Of a stretch of 39,953 nucleotides of DNA, positions 1-12,844 are shown in pieces. Location: contig MU053816.1 in assembly GCA_013239625.1 (NCBI GenBank), positions 3,363 through 43,315 of the forward strand. Reading direction: 5' to 3'. Source of the stretch: Lama guanicoe (taxonomy: Eukaryota). Below the pieces are notes generated by a model. That model was not told the DNA's origin. It did not search any database and saw only the letters and a program-made list of their open reading frames with translations. Position 1 is the stretch's first letter. Every line of letters starts with the position of its first letter. A program made the position numbers and the translations under genes.

Positions 1-13
1 GAGAGAGAATATA

Positions 14-1085
14 TTTATTCGGTCAACCAGGATTTACTGAGCATGGCTGGTCACAAAGATGAACACAGCTGATCCCTGCTTGCCAGGATTTTACCATCTG
101 GAGGAAGAGAAAATGTGAACAGATAACTGCATACATGGGGGACATGTCCTGATGGAGATAATCTGTGTACACAGTTGTGTGGCAGCACAAGGGGCAGAGC
201 CCAGCTGGGGTTGTGGAGGAGCATGGAGACCACTTCTCAAATGAGGGCATGCTTGAGCTGGGTCTTGAAAGATGGACAGGAAGTAGTAGGTGCCCAGGAA
301 GCAGGGCAGGGAGAGGGGAGAGGGGCATTTGCAGGATTCAGAACAGGTGTGACAGCGCAGGGGCATTTGAGAACAGGGCATCTTTGGGGACCTTCAGGCT
401 AGTCCAGTGCGGCTTGATGTGAGAGGGTGGCTAGAGAGATGAATGGGACAGGTGGAACAGTCAGGTCTTAGGTGCCAGGACAAGGCATTCGAACCTTGTT
501 CAGCAGCTGGTCAGTTTACTTCTTGGAATGGTCACTTGGGCCCTCTGTGGAGCCTGGACAGGAGGTCGGGGCACCTGGTGGGCGGCTGCAGTGAGAAACC
601 AGAACAGAGGCAGTGGGGTCTGAACCAGGGCAGTAGGTAGGTTTGGGGCAGAGGGGACAGACACCAGAGAAACTTAGGAGGCAGGGCTTGCTGACTGGAT
701 GGTCAGGGGGAGGTGAGAGGAGTTCAGGGTGACTTTGGATTCCTGGCTTGCAGGAGGAAGGGCAGGGAGACTGAGGGGGCTGCAGAATGAACTGAAGGTG
801 ATCCTCTTCTCATACACGTGAGCATCTTGAGTGGGGGCTGGGGCCGGAGTGGTGCTTAGACGGGCTGGCTGGGCCCCCAGCTTCACTGCCCGGAGGAGAC
901 CTGGCTTAGGCAGGGCAGGCAGCTGCAGAACAGGCTGAGTGAGGGTTGTAGCTCCAGGGGAACCTGACCTGGGAGATGTTGGTGGGAGGGTGGGGGCATG
1001 GGGAGGAGGGGCGCTGGAGGAGATGGAGTGGGGGATGGAGAAAGAGGGGCAGTTTGGTTCAGGGAACTGAGAGAAGGTCACCAAG
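14..1085 (-). mobile_element. Degenerate LINE-2 3' portion
   Basis: Starts TTTATTCGGTCAACCAGGATTTACTGAGCA, resembling the reverse complement of the L2 3' terminus, followed by purine-rich sequence typical of antisense L2. Boundaries approximate. Confidence 0.7.
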
Positions 1086-1362
1086 TCACTCAAGATGCAG
1101 AAGCCAGAGCATTTAACACCCTTCTGGAATCTTCAAACTGACTACATGGGAAGAAGGAAGTCCGCGGGGCCCTGAGAGAATGCTCAGAGGTGAGGAGGCG
1201 AAAAGGTGTCTTAGCACCCCTGTCTTTGGGCATTTCAGGCCCTGCTAGAAGTCTGGAAGTGGCTGGAGTTCCGCCTGAAGGCTGTGCCCTTTGTTTGTTT
1301 GTGGGAGGGGCAGAGGCACCTGAAAACACCTGTGTGGACAGTTTATGTAGCTGGAAGGGACC

Positions 1363-2194
1363 TGTGGTAGATTTCTAGTAAACACCCCTGCAGAAACTCT
1401 GATTCTTAGCTTAACACTTAGCTGAACACTGTCAAGAACTGTGAAGGTCTGAGACTTTATTCTACTTACTCCCTGTGATAGCTGCTGGGAGCTGATACTC
1501 CTGGGTCAGAGATGGACAGTTTATTACTCACAGCAATAGTAATAGAAGAGTATCAGCCCTGCTTCCCACAGGGCTTTACAAAGACGACTGGGTGATGATG
1601 CCTGAACACACAGTGGGTTGCATTTCAGGAGATGAACCCAGAACTTGGGGAACCCAAATCTTTTATAACGGGCAGTTTGCCTGCTCTTTGCTCTGGAGGA
1701 GGGTACTATATACCTTCCATGGATGTTCATTATACCCTGATGATAATCTGGAACAAGTGACAGTTACTGCTTCACTTGCAAGATGTGCAGAAATGGAATA
1801 GAACCATGGAGAATTGTCTGCCAGGAAACACATGGCCATAGAAAACATTTCCCAGCCTCTCTTGCAGCTAGATGTAACCATCTAACTGAGTTGTGGTCTA
1901 TTAAGTGTAAGCTTTCGTATGAAATTGAAAAAACAAAAAGAAAAGAATAAAAGGCTGGCATGTGCCCTAAGCCCCTTCTTCCCATCTTTTCTCCTGATGG
2001 TTGGAATGTGGATGTGATGTTGGAGTGTGAGCAGCTATTTTGGGCCAGGAGTGGCATGTAAGGACTAAGGATGGCAGAACCTCAATTGCAAGGGGCCTGG
2101 GTCTCTGATTATCTTTGGACTTCTTTACGTGAGAGAAAAAGAAACATCCGTCTTAACTTTGTATGTCCATCTGAACTTGATTCTAACTGATACA
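1363..2194 (+). mobile_element. MaLR solo LTR (MLT1I/J/K-like), interrupted by an ERV1 LTR
   Basis: Begins TGTGGTAG, contains CATTTCCCAGCCTCTCTTGCAGCTAG, ends TTCTAACTGATACA; these are recalled MLT1 hallmarks. Confidence 0.7.
1430..1826 (-). mobile_element. ERV1-class solo LTR (MER89/MER90-like) nested in the MLT1 LTR
   Basis: TGTCAAGAACTGTGAAGGTCTGAGA...CCATGGAGAATTGTCT matches the reverse complement of a recalled consensus; TTTATT gives a minus-strand AATAAA; flanked by AACAC at 1425-1429 and 1827-1831. Confidence 0.7.
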
Positions 2195-3884
2195 GGCCTA
2201 GTACAAAGGAGGACCAATGGAGGGGTAAACTTGTAAGCAGAGAGAAAGATTGGGGCACATCTCCCCTTCCTCCTGCCTCAGCCTCAGCAGGGACAGGGGG
2301 AGGGGATGGGGAGTCACCTCTGGCTCGTTCACCATCCACCGGTGATGCCCCATTCACAAGGGGGCCTGGCTGGCTACGCGACCCAGCAGCGTCCATTTGA
2401 AGGCAGCAGGCAACAAGCTAGCTTCATTCACAAACCCTGTCCTCCTTTGAAAACCAATCACTGTGCAAAGCGTGACTGGGTGGTGGCCAGCACTGGCCCA
2501 TCTGTCATGCCCTTTCAGAGAGCCAGGCGTCGGCAGCCGGCCTGGGCCGAGCCAGCCCCTCTCCCTTTGTACCCCAGGGACACGCACTGTAACGAGATCA
2601 CAGTGCCTACTGAATTATTCAGAGCCGCCCTGAGTGTCAGTGTTATTATAAACATGCAGATTTCTCCAGGCTGCAAACTCCCAAACCTCCAGCAGCCACC
2701 TCCCTCCAGGAGTTTTCATTGGCTGCTTTGTGCCTGTGATTTCAGGTTCCCCAGGCTGTGATGGCCTAATCTGCCTTTGACTAGTTCCTACCTGCCACCA
2801 GACATGAGGGCCTCCTTGTCCTTTACCCACCACTTCCCCAGGCCTCATTCTTTGCTCAACAGTTGTCCTCACTGCCACCCCAGCAGTCCTGCCCCTTCCC
2901 TGTCTCCTCCGGGCTTCACTGCCCAGGTTGGTGACATCAGTCTCTCCCAAGTGCCTGCCTGATGGGGACACATTAATAACAGGATCCTCCGCTTCTGTAG
3001 GTCTCTGTCTGATCTCTGTCCTCGTGGGGCTTTAAGCCTGTGGGTCTCCCCTCCCATCCCCATGTTCCAGCCCCAGCTCGGTCCTCCCCTTCCTCGCAAG
3101 TCCCAGGTTCCCGGTTCTCTCCGGAGTTGGTCTGAAGAATCCCCCCCAGCTGGTAATGAGGCAGAGATGGTAATGCACATTTAAGAGTAATGAAATGCAG
3201 TGATATTTCAGGCCTGACAGACCTATTTCTGGCAGCCTTAGAATTAAAGTGTGAGGCTTTGTACTGCAGCTGCTACTAGGCGCCTTCAGAGTTTTTCTAA
3301 AGATGTGAATAAAGCTTGCAGGGTTTCAGCTCAGATCACTGTGGCTATTTATCCTGCTGCTGCTTTCATTGTACCTTTTTATTTGAAATTTTAGAGCTTT
3401 TAGATGAAGGAAACGCAGCAGCAAGTGCAAAGCATACAAAATATCCTGGTGGGGGAGAATGTCCCGGTTTTTCTCTCAATTGTCCGTGACAGCTCTGGGG
3501 AGGAAGAGGGCTCCCAGGGCCTCCCAGCATTGCCTCCATCTCCCCTTTGAGTGGACCCCTCCTGGATCCTTGCTCCGCCACAGCAGGAAGCGGGGCCTCG
3601 GGAGAAATCTCTAGGAGGGAGTCCCTGCCGGCAAGATTGGTGGGGCCGGGCGCCACCAGCCCTCCCCACCCCTCATCGCTGTGAGCTGAGCCTACGGGAC
3701 ATGTGGCAGACAGGAGTAGACCCACTCTGGGCCAACAGTGAGAGCCCACTCTCCAGACTCCAGCCAGGAAAGCCGGCCTGCTGATCTCCGTCTTGGCACA
3801 CAGCCCTATCCCGCCACGGCCACCAGGAAGGCTGGAGCCATCCAGGAGGAGAGGTCATGGAAGGCAGGGGTGCAAAGTGGGGGC

Positions 3885-4075
3885 TCTTTTGGTTGTCAGA
3901 CCAACCTGGGGGTGAATCCTGGCTCTGCTCACTAACTGCAGTGCCACGGGCAAGCCACCTACCCTTTTGGGCCTCAGTCTCCCCACCTGTAAAATGGAGA
4001 TAATGATGCACCTATCATTTAGATCCTTGTGATGTATGCAAGGTACCGGGCACGTCTCAAGCCACAATGTCTACT
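3885..4075 (+). mobile_element. MIR SINE
   Basis: MIR core GTGAATCCTGGCTCTGC...GGCCTCAGTCTCCCCACCTGTAAAATGGAGATAATGAT. Confidence 0.85.
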
Positions 4076-4179
4076 GTTAATATGAAAGTTGTCTCAGGAG
4101 TCAGGGTCGCTGGGCTTCCTGTCTGCCTGCCACTCACGGGCCGAGCCTCTTCCCCACTCCGGGGCAGTGGGAAGAGAAG

Positions 4180-4395
4180 GGGTTTGGAGTTAGACGGAAG
4201 CAGGTTCTAACCTGGCTCCTTTGTTTTCTGGCTTTGTGAGCTGGGCAGGTTGTTTATCCTCCCTGAGTCCCAGTTTCCTCATCTGTCAAAGCAGCGATGA
4301 TGAGTGCTCACCTCGAAGTGTTCATGTGCGGCTTAACTGAGATCATCTTCATAAAGAGCCCGCCCCGCGCCTGGCTCACAGCAGGTGTTGCGTAC
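4180..4395 (+). mobile_element. MIR SINE
   Basis: MIR core CCCAGTTTCCTCATCTGTCAAA and 3' GCCTGGCTCACAGCAGGTG. Confidence 0.8.
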
Positions 4396-4454
4396 ATCGT
4401 GGCTCCTTTCCCTACTCTCTTCTCCTCCCTCTGCTTCTGTTCAAAGGGGAGAAG

Positions 4455-5115
4455 TTTTAGATCCGGCCACCAGCTCACAGGAAATGCAGGAAGAAGACAA
4501 GCGTGTTAAATGACAACAGGGGGATTCCGTTGGCAAAATCCAGAATTTGGGAAATTCTGTGGGACAGATGACCCAGAAGCCTCAATTGCTAAATGACAAG
4601 AGAGAGAGAGAGGGAGAACCAAATATGTGGACTTGGTTTGGATCCTGATTTGGACAAACCGACTGGGAAAAAAATAAGAGCAATCATCAGGGACATTTTG
4701 CTATTGGCTGGATTTTGATAATGCTAAGTAATGATTGCTAACGTCTTAGGTGTGGTAATGGTACTGTGGTCACTCTCATAAAGAGTCTTTTTTGAGGGGG
4801 TAGGCAACTAGGATTACTTACTTATTTTGATGGAGGTGCTGGGATCGAGCCCCAGACCTTGTAGATGCTAAGCACGCGCTCTACCACTGAGCTCCTCAAC
4901 TCTTATAAAAAGTCTTTACCTTTTAGGACATATATTGAAGAAATTACAGATTAAATAATACGGTAATTGGGATCTGTTTTAAGACAATATTTAGTGGGCT
5001 GAGTGGGGACTGGGGCACAGATGAAGCAAAATCGGCCATGTGTGGATAACAATTAAAGCTGGCTGATGGTGTATGGGGGGGTTGTTAAATTATTTTCTCT
5101 GCTTTTGTATAAAAA
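4455..5115 (+). mobile_element. Ancient L1 3' UTR (L1MC4/5-like) containing a SINE insertion
   Basis: TAGATCC...GTTAAATGACAAC...AAAATCCAGAATTTGGGAAATT...TTTGGATCCTGATTT; paralogous to 15530-15860 in this window. Confidence 0.7.
4788..4902 (-). mobile_element. tRNA-derived short SINE (camelid Vic-1-like), diverged copy
   Basis: The minus strand reads AGCTCAGTGGTAGAGCGCGTGCTTAGCATCTACAAGGTCTGGGGCTCGATCCCAGCACCTCC (A and B boxes). TSD ATAAAGAGTCTTT (4778-4790) versus ATAAAAAGTCTTT (4905-4917). Confidence 0.85.
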
Positions 5116-5134
5116 AGGCAGCGATCCTTTCTAG

Positions 5135-6200
5135 ATGGGAGGTATCTCTTCCGTCTGTCTGCCCTGTACGTCCTTCCTAGCCCCGCCTCTGCTTCGGCTC
5201 CACCTCCTCCCTCGCCTGGACTGTCACAGCAGCCTCCTCCAGTCTCTCAGCCTTTGGTCTTTCTCCCAATCTCCTTCTCGTTCGGCTGCCAAAGTTATCC
5301 TCCTAGAGCACAAATCAGATCATGTTACTAACCTGCTTAAAAATCTTTCGTTAGCTCCCTATTGCCAATAACCTATAGGAGTATAAAACCCTTATTATGA
5401 TACTCAAAGTCCTTCACAGCCTAACCTCAGCCTTCTTGTCCAGACCCAGTCCCAGCCAGATCCTCGTCCTCTCATGAAGCCTGGCCTTGGTCTCACTAGC
5501 CAGGCACTTTCAGACCTCCATGCCTTCTCCTACGTAGCTCTCTGTTTGGCAGGTCCTCCCCACTCCCCCTTAACTTCATCTATTAAAGACTAAATTATTT
5601 TTCAAAGCTCAGTTCAAATGCCTTTCCTCCTTCATGCTTTCTGGAAGTCTTTACACTGTTCACCAAATATCTCTGCCTCTCTGCCTTCTGGCATATGGTA
5701 AGCTCTCACTTCCTTGGCTCTCTGAGGTTGGATGGGGCCATGTGACTGGTTTTAGCCAATGAGTTGTAAGTGGAAGTCACACATTTCACTTCTGGGCCAA
5801 GAATTCAATTGCTAATTCAAACCCCTCCCAAGCTCCCTTTCCCTCTGGCTCAGCAACATCCAGACATTGGCTGCTTTGTCAGGCTGGGTTCTGGTGTGAG
5901 CATGATGCTACGGAGTAGAGCCTGCTGTCCCCGGGAGGGCTGCATCGTGTGGGATAAATAAATCAGAGGGGGTGTTTGTTTCTTCAGCATAACTCAGTCT
6001 ATTCTGACTGATAATTCTTCTGTCTCTGATTTAGAACCAACTGTGCTGTTCTCTGAATGTTTGCATTACAGTACTGTGTGTGTAATATGTCTAGATGAGT
6101 CAGCCTTTCAGACCTGGAATTTGGTTTTGTGGTGCTTATATTCTGGCCCCCAGCACTTAGCATGGTGCCCTGCAGAGCAGAGGTGTGAACTGAACGCCCA
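5135..6200 (+). mobile_element. LINE-2 3' portion, split by an MLT1 LTR
   Basis: CCTGGACTGTCACAGCAGCCTCCT, AAATCAGATCATGTTACT and CCCCAGCACTTAGCATGGTGCC are L2-like motifs. Confidence 0.7.
5655..6013 (+). mobile_element. MaLR solo LTR (MLT1I-like)
   Basis: GGGGCCATGTGACTGGTTTTAGCCAATGAGTTGTAAGTGGAAGT and terminal CTATTCTGACTGATA. Confidence 0.75.
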
Positions 6201-6529
6201 GCGGTCTGTAGCTGTGGTTGGTGCAGGTTGGGGGGAAGTACAGGGGCTAAGATGTGCCATCCTTGTGAGGGGCCCTCACACTAATTAGTCATGGGAATCG
6301 TGATGGTTCGGAGACAGCCAGGATCTAGCTGGATGTTCTCAATGGATGCTGCGCCGAGTCCCAGGGAATGGGTCACGACTGGACTAAGCCAATCATAATC
6401 ATCCCCTTCCCTTGTGCTCATGGTTAGTTTACATATGGTCACGTGGACCAGATCTGGACAATCAGACGGAAAGGAAAATCTCATTCTCTCCTTGAAAAAC
6501 AGGAAGAGAGATGAGAAATGCGACTAGTC

Positions 6530-6830
6530 TGTATGAGTTTGGATTCCACTAAAAGCAGAGCCTGAGAAAGGATTCAAATGCTAATGGTTTATGTGGGAGG
6601 GGATCCCAGGAAGCAGAGGAGAGGGAGGGTAGAGCAGGGAGAATGAAACTGGAAAGGAAGACTGATCAATAAAGGATGTTCTTTTCAGCTTGTTACACTG
6701 GGGCTCAGTCCTGCTTGAGACCTTCTGAGGGACGTCGGAATTGTCCCTCCACGTGGCGGGAGGCTGACGCATTTATCTAACAACATTCGTTGGTTGCTGG
6801 TTGCCCTTCTTTTTACAGGAACTGGATGTT
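6530..6830 (-). mobile_element. ERVL LTR (LTR33/LTR16-like)
   Basis: AAGCAGAGCCTGAGAAAGGATTCAAATGCTAATGGTTTATGTGGGAGGGGATCCCAGGAAG resembles the recalled antisense LTR33/16 end. Confidence 0.65.
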
Positions 6831-7189
6831 CCCGGATGACTTCCTGGTGACTGGGCTCCAGTGGGCACCTCTCTGTTCAGTTGATTCTTTGCTGCGCCTG
6901 TCCACCAGCCTGCCCCTGAGCTCTCTTCCGCCTTGGTTTCCAGGGCAAGTCTCCCTCCAGTGTATCCTCCGCAGCCTCTCTGGCCACTTCTTGGTTTCCT
7001 TCCCAGGCTCCTTTCCCTTTTCCCCCTCTGTAGACATCTAGATTCTCTTCTGGTCCTCCTTACTTCTCCCCACGCTCACTGGGCAAACCGATTCATGACA
7101 GCTTCCAACTGCTACTGCTGTGATGTCTGCTCCCAAAGCTACATGCCCCCACCCCCAGCTCTCTCTCCTGAGTTCTGCAGGCATATACC

Positions 7190-7580
7190 TATTCAGCCAA
7201 CCAACAAATACTTATAGAGCAGCTTGAATATGCCAAAAGGTGGGATAAAGCAGTAAACAGAATTCACCTCCTAGCAGTGCTGGACAATATGGAGCAAGTG
7301 GACGAAATCCAAGTTAACCGGATAATTTTAGATAGTGACACGTACTATGCAGACAATAAACCAGGTCTGTGCGATTGAGCTTTGTGTGCGTGTGCGCACT
7401 ATTTTAGAGTGACTGCTTGAAGGAGGTGGCATCTGAGCAGGGATCATGTTGTTTGTGGCTGTGCAAGTGCAAAGGTCATAGAGAACTTACCAGTGTGTTT
7501 GAGGACAAACAGGAAGGCCAGTGTGGCTGGAACGATGTCAGCACAAGGCAGTGTGGCATGAGATAAGGTCAGGAAGACAG
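7190..7580 (-). mobile_element. LINE-2 3' fragment
   Basis: ATTCAGCCAACCAACAAATACTTATAGAGC and GGAAGGCCAGTGTGGCTGGA. Confidence 0.65.
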
Positions 7581-7935
7581 CAGGCCGGGGCGAGCAAGGC
7601 TTTAACCAGATCCTCAGGTGATGCTCACATGCACTTTTGCCTGCTTTTGAGAACAGCTGTGGCTGATGGAAAAGGGAAGAGATGAGAAGAGAGCCTTCAT
7701 GTACAAGTTATTCTTAAAAACTATTTTGGAAAGTGTAGAACACACAAAAGTATATAACACGACCACACCCTCTCAAGGGCCCCTCACCAGCTTCAACACC
7801 ATTAACGTAAGAAAGGAAACTGAAAGTTGTGGCCAGGAACGTAGGAGGAAACCCAGGGAAGCGCTGTGCCCATGAGACATGTCCAAGGGAAAGGTCAACA
7901 GTGACAAATAAAAGCAACATGGTCCTCTAGGTTCA

Positions 7936-8699
7936 TTTTTACTTTGACCTTTTTATTGAAGTATTGTTGACTTACAATAATGTGTAAGTCTCAGTGTGCA
8001 GCATAGTGACTCAGTATCTTTGCAGATTATACTCCATTCTCAGTATTACAAGATAATGGGTATGATTCCCTTTGCTGTACAGTGTATCCTTGTTGCTTAA
8101 CTATTTTATGCACAGTAATTTGTATCTGTTAATCCCATACCCCTACTTTGTCCCTCCCCACTTCCCTTTCCCCTTTGTAACCACAGGTTTGTTTTCTATA
8201 TCTGTGAGTCTCTTTCTGTTTGCATACACTCATTTGTATTATTTTTTAGATTCCATTTATAAGTGAAATCATACAGTATTTGTCCTTCTTTGTCTGACAT
8301 TTCACTAAGCATAATATTCTCCAGGTCCATCCATGTTGCTGCAGATGGCAATATCTTGTTCTTTTTTATGGCTGACTAGTATTCCATTGTATATATACTG
8401 GATCTTTTTAATCCAGTCGTCTGTTGATGGGCACTTGGGTTGCTTCCATGTCTAGGCCATTATAGATCATGCTGCTCTCAACTTTGGGGTGCGTATATCT
8501 TTTTGAATTAGAGTTTTCATATTTTCCAGATGTATGCCCAGGAGTAGTATTGTTGGATCATATGGTAACTCTGTTTATAGGTTTTTAAGGTATTTCCATA
8601 CTGTCTTCCATAGTGACTGCACCGGTTTACATCCTCCAACGGTGTAGGAGGGCTCCCCTTTCTCCACATCCTCTCGAACACTTATTATTGGTAGACTTT
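7936..8699 (-). mobile_element. 5'-truncated L1 (ORF2 C-terminus plus 3' UTR)
   Basis: Antisense L1 3' end, e.g. TCCAGGTCCATCCATGTTGCTGCAGATGGCA and GGATCATATGGTAACTCT; homologous to 13637-14327. Probable TSD TCCTCTAGGTTCA (7923-7935) and TCCTGTAGGTTTA (8700-8712). Confidence 0.9.
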
Positions 8700-8829
8700 T
8701 CCTGTAGGTTTAGCAGAGGTCATGTCTGTGTGGTCCCATGGGCGCCTCACTGTAAACACAGTGGTTAAGGTTCTGGCTTCACCCAACAGCTTCCCTTCAA
8801 CCTGCTTCTCCTCTTGTTTCCTCTGTCAG

Positions 8830-9260
8830 ACTGTCTTCATTAGCTCCTGGATGGGCTGAAACCAGAGGCTGAGACTCAGATGTGAGTTCAGGGAGCGTCT
8901 CTGGGAGGTGATCCTTTCCAGGAGAAGGGGGCAAGGAGAATGAGGCAGGGAAGGAGGAAAAGCCATGAAGAGTGAGTTACTGAGCCAGTTGCCACTGTGG
9001 GCAAGTGGGGCTCGATCTGGCTGGGCCCTCGAGGAGCTGGGGAGAATGTACCCCACACTGTCCCTGAGAAGCACAGGAGGTGAGAGCATCTGTTCAGGAG
9101 TCTCCCGTCCCCATTTCTGCAGGTTGTGCTGGGAATATGAACCTCCCTGTACTCCTGGGTGCCCTGCACGCTGGCTGAGGGAGCTCCCCGGGCTTCAGAA
9201 AGAGATGTGGTGGCCACCAAGGAGGGCTGCTGCAGCCACACTGGACGTGGGCCGAGGGCA
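8830..9260 (-). mobile_element. ERVL LTR (LTR16/LTR33-like)
   Basis: CAGAGGCTGAGACTCAGATGTGAGTTCAGG...TGGGAGGTGATCC; similar to 6530-6830. Confidence 0.6.
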
Positions 9261-9436
9261 TGTAGTTCAGCTGCGCTCCCATCACCTGCTTAGAATCTAA
9301 ACTCCTGTGTGACTGTGGTGTCCCTCTGTCACCCAGGCCTGAACCACGGGAGTCATTCTAAAGTGATGGAGCTGACTCTAAGTTGTGGTAAGATCACTTT
9401 GGCTTAAGCGTGAAAAAAAAAATTAATGGATCACGT

Positions 9437-9481
9437 GCAGCTAGAGGAAGAGACAGCAGCTAGAGGAAGAGAGAGCAGCTA
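9437..9481 (+). repeat. 19-bp tandem duplication (2.4 copies) inside an L2-like remnant
   Basis: GCAGCTAGAGGAAGAGACA GCAGCTAGAGGAAGAGAGA GCAGCTA. Confidence 0.9.
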
Positions 9482-9669
9482 AGGGGTCACAGCTGACCCG
9501 GCAAGAGAGGACAGCGTCTGGACGAGGGCAGTGGCGGCTGGGATGGAGAGACATGAATGAACTGGAGAGACATCTAGAGGCAGATTCAGAAGGACATGGA
9601 GGTGGGGAGTGGGAGCAAAGGAGGAGTCTGCGATGAAGCCCAGGTTCTGGCATGCCAAACGGCTGAAGC

Positions 9670-10025
9670 ATGAGTTAGGATGGCTCATGTTATGCTGCAG
9701 CAACAAACAAGCTCCACGTCTTGGTGGCTTAATACAGCGAGTGTTTACTTCTCATCCTTGCTGGACGCCTGTCACAGATCATTAGGAGGGCCTCTGGTCA
9801 TCAAGAACCAGTGTGATAGAGGCTGCATCTTGGCACACACCCCCATCATCAGTCGAGGCAGGGAAAGGGGATGCGGCAGACCCTTTAAAATGAACACTCA
9901 GTGTTCGTTAGCCAAAACAAGTTTCGTGGCCTCCCCTTACTTCCAGGGAGCAGGGAAGTACCATCCTGCCATGGACCTGGCAGGAGGGAGAACTGGACAT
10001 GTTAGGTGAACAGCACTAACAGAGA
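9670..10025 (-). mobile_element. MaLR LTR (MLT1J/K-like)
   Basis: GTTAGGATGGCTCATGTTATGCTGCAGCAACAAACA...GGTGGCTTAA...GGTGAACAGCACTAA. Confidence 0.65.
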
Positions 10026-10569
10026 CTGACAATGCCAATCACTGAGATGGGGAAATGGGTAGGACCAGGCCTGGGATCTCGCACCCCCTTCAACACTGCC
10101 CTCTGTGGCCAGAATCCTTATTCTGATACAAAAGTCTCATGTCATCCCTCTGTTCACATTCTCTTTAGAAGCTCCCCGTCACCTACCTGATAGCTTCGTG
10201 AATCCACAGTGTGGCTGTGGAGCCTCTCCTGGCTTGGCACTCGCCTCCCTGTCCAGCTCCGTCTGCTGGCGGCCCTTCTCTCCTAGCCTCTCCCGTCCTC
10301 TTTATTCTCCAGCAGGACTCAGAGTGCCCTGAGTTTGCCTGACTTTCTCAGCCTCCACACCCTTAGGCATTCTTTTTTCTCTACCTCAGATGTCCTCCTT
10401 CATCTTTCACCTCCTTATCTACCTGGAAAGCTTCCACTTCTTTGAGAAGCCTTTCTAAATTTCCCCAGGAAGACTTAGGTGTACCCTTTTTTATTCCCCT
10501 GGTTCACATTGTCCTCAGTTCTGTTACAGTCCTAACCTCCTTCTGGCAATACCATTTAGGTGTCTGCTC

Positions 10570-11640
10570 CATTCTACATTTGGCTGGTGACATTCTATGA
10601 ACTCTTAGATCAAGCCTTGCTCAGTGCCAGCTCTTCCTCTGGACTTTAGAGTCATGTGAGCCAATAAATTCCCTTTATTGTTTAAGCCTGTTGAGTTGGA
10701 TTTTTGTTTTTTTCCAACCTGAAGAATCCAAGTTAGAATAAAAATTAGTACCATGAGTTGGGGCGGGCTTCAAGAGGGAGGCCCCCCAAATGGACCTGAT
10801 TCAACCGAGGAGGTAAGATGAAGGGCAGCAGTGACTCCTGTGGGTAGGGAAATTGGCGACCTGACATAGGTGGTTACACAGTTTCCTGTCGCATCTCAGG
10901 ATGCAGCTCCCGTGCGGCCGTGGTTACAGCAGTGCATCGCTTAGTAGAGACATTTAGACTGTTGGGTTGGGTTGGCTCCTTCTTGTTGCTATTAGTGAGG
11001 TCCTATACAAAGTTACACCTATGTTCAAACTAAGTTTGAACTCCAAAAACTGAAAAGGAAGAAAACAGAGCTTTGCTAAGAGAAGCTCTTTCTGCCTATG
11101 GTCAAAAAATGGTTGAGGTTCTGGAAAAAGGCAGGACAGAAAACCCCCAAAACTTTGCTCCGAGGAATGTGAGTATAAGCAGAAGCAGGGCTGGGGGAGT
11201 ACCTTACATGAGACAAGACTGGGGCGCACATGCAGCCTGGTCCCCAGCACCTTCCTAAGTACCTCCTGGTTTTCACTCCCTCCAAGACAAAGGGAGCCAT
11301 CCGGCCCATGACATATATAGGTGGGATGTGGCCTGTAGGCAAGGATCAGACTTGGGGCGCCTCCTCATTTGTCCTAAGGTGTAGCTTGAAATTACATGTA
11401 AGGCTGAGTGTCTGGGAGAACACTAAGCCCTGTGGCTTAGAGAAAGAAGTGCCCAAACCAGACTCCAGACCCAAAGAGTTGTCTCAGCAAGATCTCTGGT
11501 TTTGCATACCAGCTCACAGAACGCACCAGAAGCACGCAGACTGGAAGCTCACCGAGGGGGTCCAGTGCCAAAGGAACCCGAAGCACAGCTGACGATGGCC
11601 AGAGACTTGGCAACTCCTAATGCAGTTTCTTAGGTCTCCA
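10570..11640 (+). mobile_element. MLT1 LTR 3' part followed by MLT1 internal sequence
   Basis: The LTR end GTGAGCCAATAAATTCCCTTTATTGTTTAAGCC is followed by AAATTAGTACCATGAGTTGGGG, resembling the MaLR internal start. Right boundary uncertain. Confidence 0.55.
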
Positions 11641-11677
11641 AGCACAGTGAATCAGCCTTCACAGGGACCAAACATTA

Positions 11678-11870
11678 AAGCAGCATTTCTTACACTTTTT
11701 TGTCCATAAGAAGTATTTTTATTAAAAGTATCGATTTGGGGGCTTTGTTCCTAAAGAATTTGATTCCTTCTGTCTGGGACTGAGCTCAAGCATCTGCATT
11801 ACTCATAAAAGTCCCTGATTGTTCACACACAGGTGACTAAGGAACCCTACTTTGGGAGACACTGCATTTA
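11678..11870. mobile_element. MER5-like hAT DNA transposon remnant
   Basis: GCAGCATTTCT...TGATTC...GCATCTGCATT...ACTTTGGGAGACACTGC. Confidence 0.55.
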
Positions 11871-12844
11871 GGGAAATTATTAAATTCCTTAAGGACAGCA
11901 GGATTTCGTTTGTCCTCAGAGCATCTAGCACTGTGTAGGGCACAGAATGGGAGCTGGCAGAGCCTTGCCTACTGGACCCGAAAAGCACGGGCGTCCAGAG
12001 CCAAGGTGGGTTTAGGAGGTGTGCAGACTGTGACTCCAGGGGCTGATCGGCCCCGAGTCCCCGTCCCCCTGCTCCTTGGTCCTGCTTTTCCTGCTTTGCA
12101 CCTAAGGGGCTGCCTTATCCAGACACCGAGCTGGCAACGAATATGCCTGGATCCTCTGTCAGTGCCCTTGTACAAGCAGAGAGCTCTGGCCACCTCCGTG
12201 GGGGTGAGGAATGCGCCCAGCGTCAGAGGGTGTTTACTAGCCTTCCCGGTGTTTATTTTCTCCCTCCACCACACCTCCGGGCAGGGAGTGTTCTCCCCGA
12301 GAGCCTCCGCGAAGCAGCTACACTTTTATGGCACCTTGGGTGACTCATGTGTCTCAGCTCCACACACCCTCCATCAAAGGCCTTGGAATTGTCAAGGTCA
12401 GGATATTTAAAGCCACATTCTTGGGAGTGTTCTGGACACTGCCAGCTCAGCTCCGAAAGAGGGACGTGCCCAGAGGACAGCTGTCAGAGTTAGTGCCCAC
12501 TGTTCACAGCAAGGCTGTAGCACATACCAGTCGTGAGTGTGGCCATATTGTTCTGGTTGGTTGTGGCCGAGCGATCATAGATTTCTTTTTATTCATTCTC
12601 CTAAATATTTAATTCAGTACCTACCGTGTGCCAGAAACCAGGGAGGATACAAGATAAATAGACACAACCCTGCCCCAAATGAGCTCAAAGGTGGGAAGTG
12701 ACACCATGGCCCTGCAGAGAGACTCATGAACAGGGACCATATTTACAGGTGGGGTGTTTATTATAAGCTCACTAAGGAAGGGCATACAGCTTGGAGAGAT
12801 GGAGATGACGGTGGGGTGTGGGGAAATCTTCTGGGAGCGGGGTT

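Noticed and set aside
7875..7884. p53 site AGACATGTCC
   Set aside because: A single half-site only, expected by chance in 40 kb.
9437..9481. CRISPR-like direct repeats
   Set aside because: A head-to-tail duplication without spacers in mammalian DNA.
10954..11592. ORF cluster as retroviral genes
   Set aside because: It lies in probable MaLR internal sequence and shows no gag/pol/env motifs.
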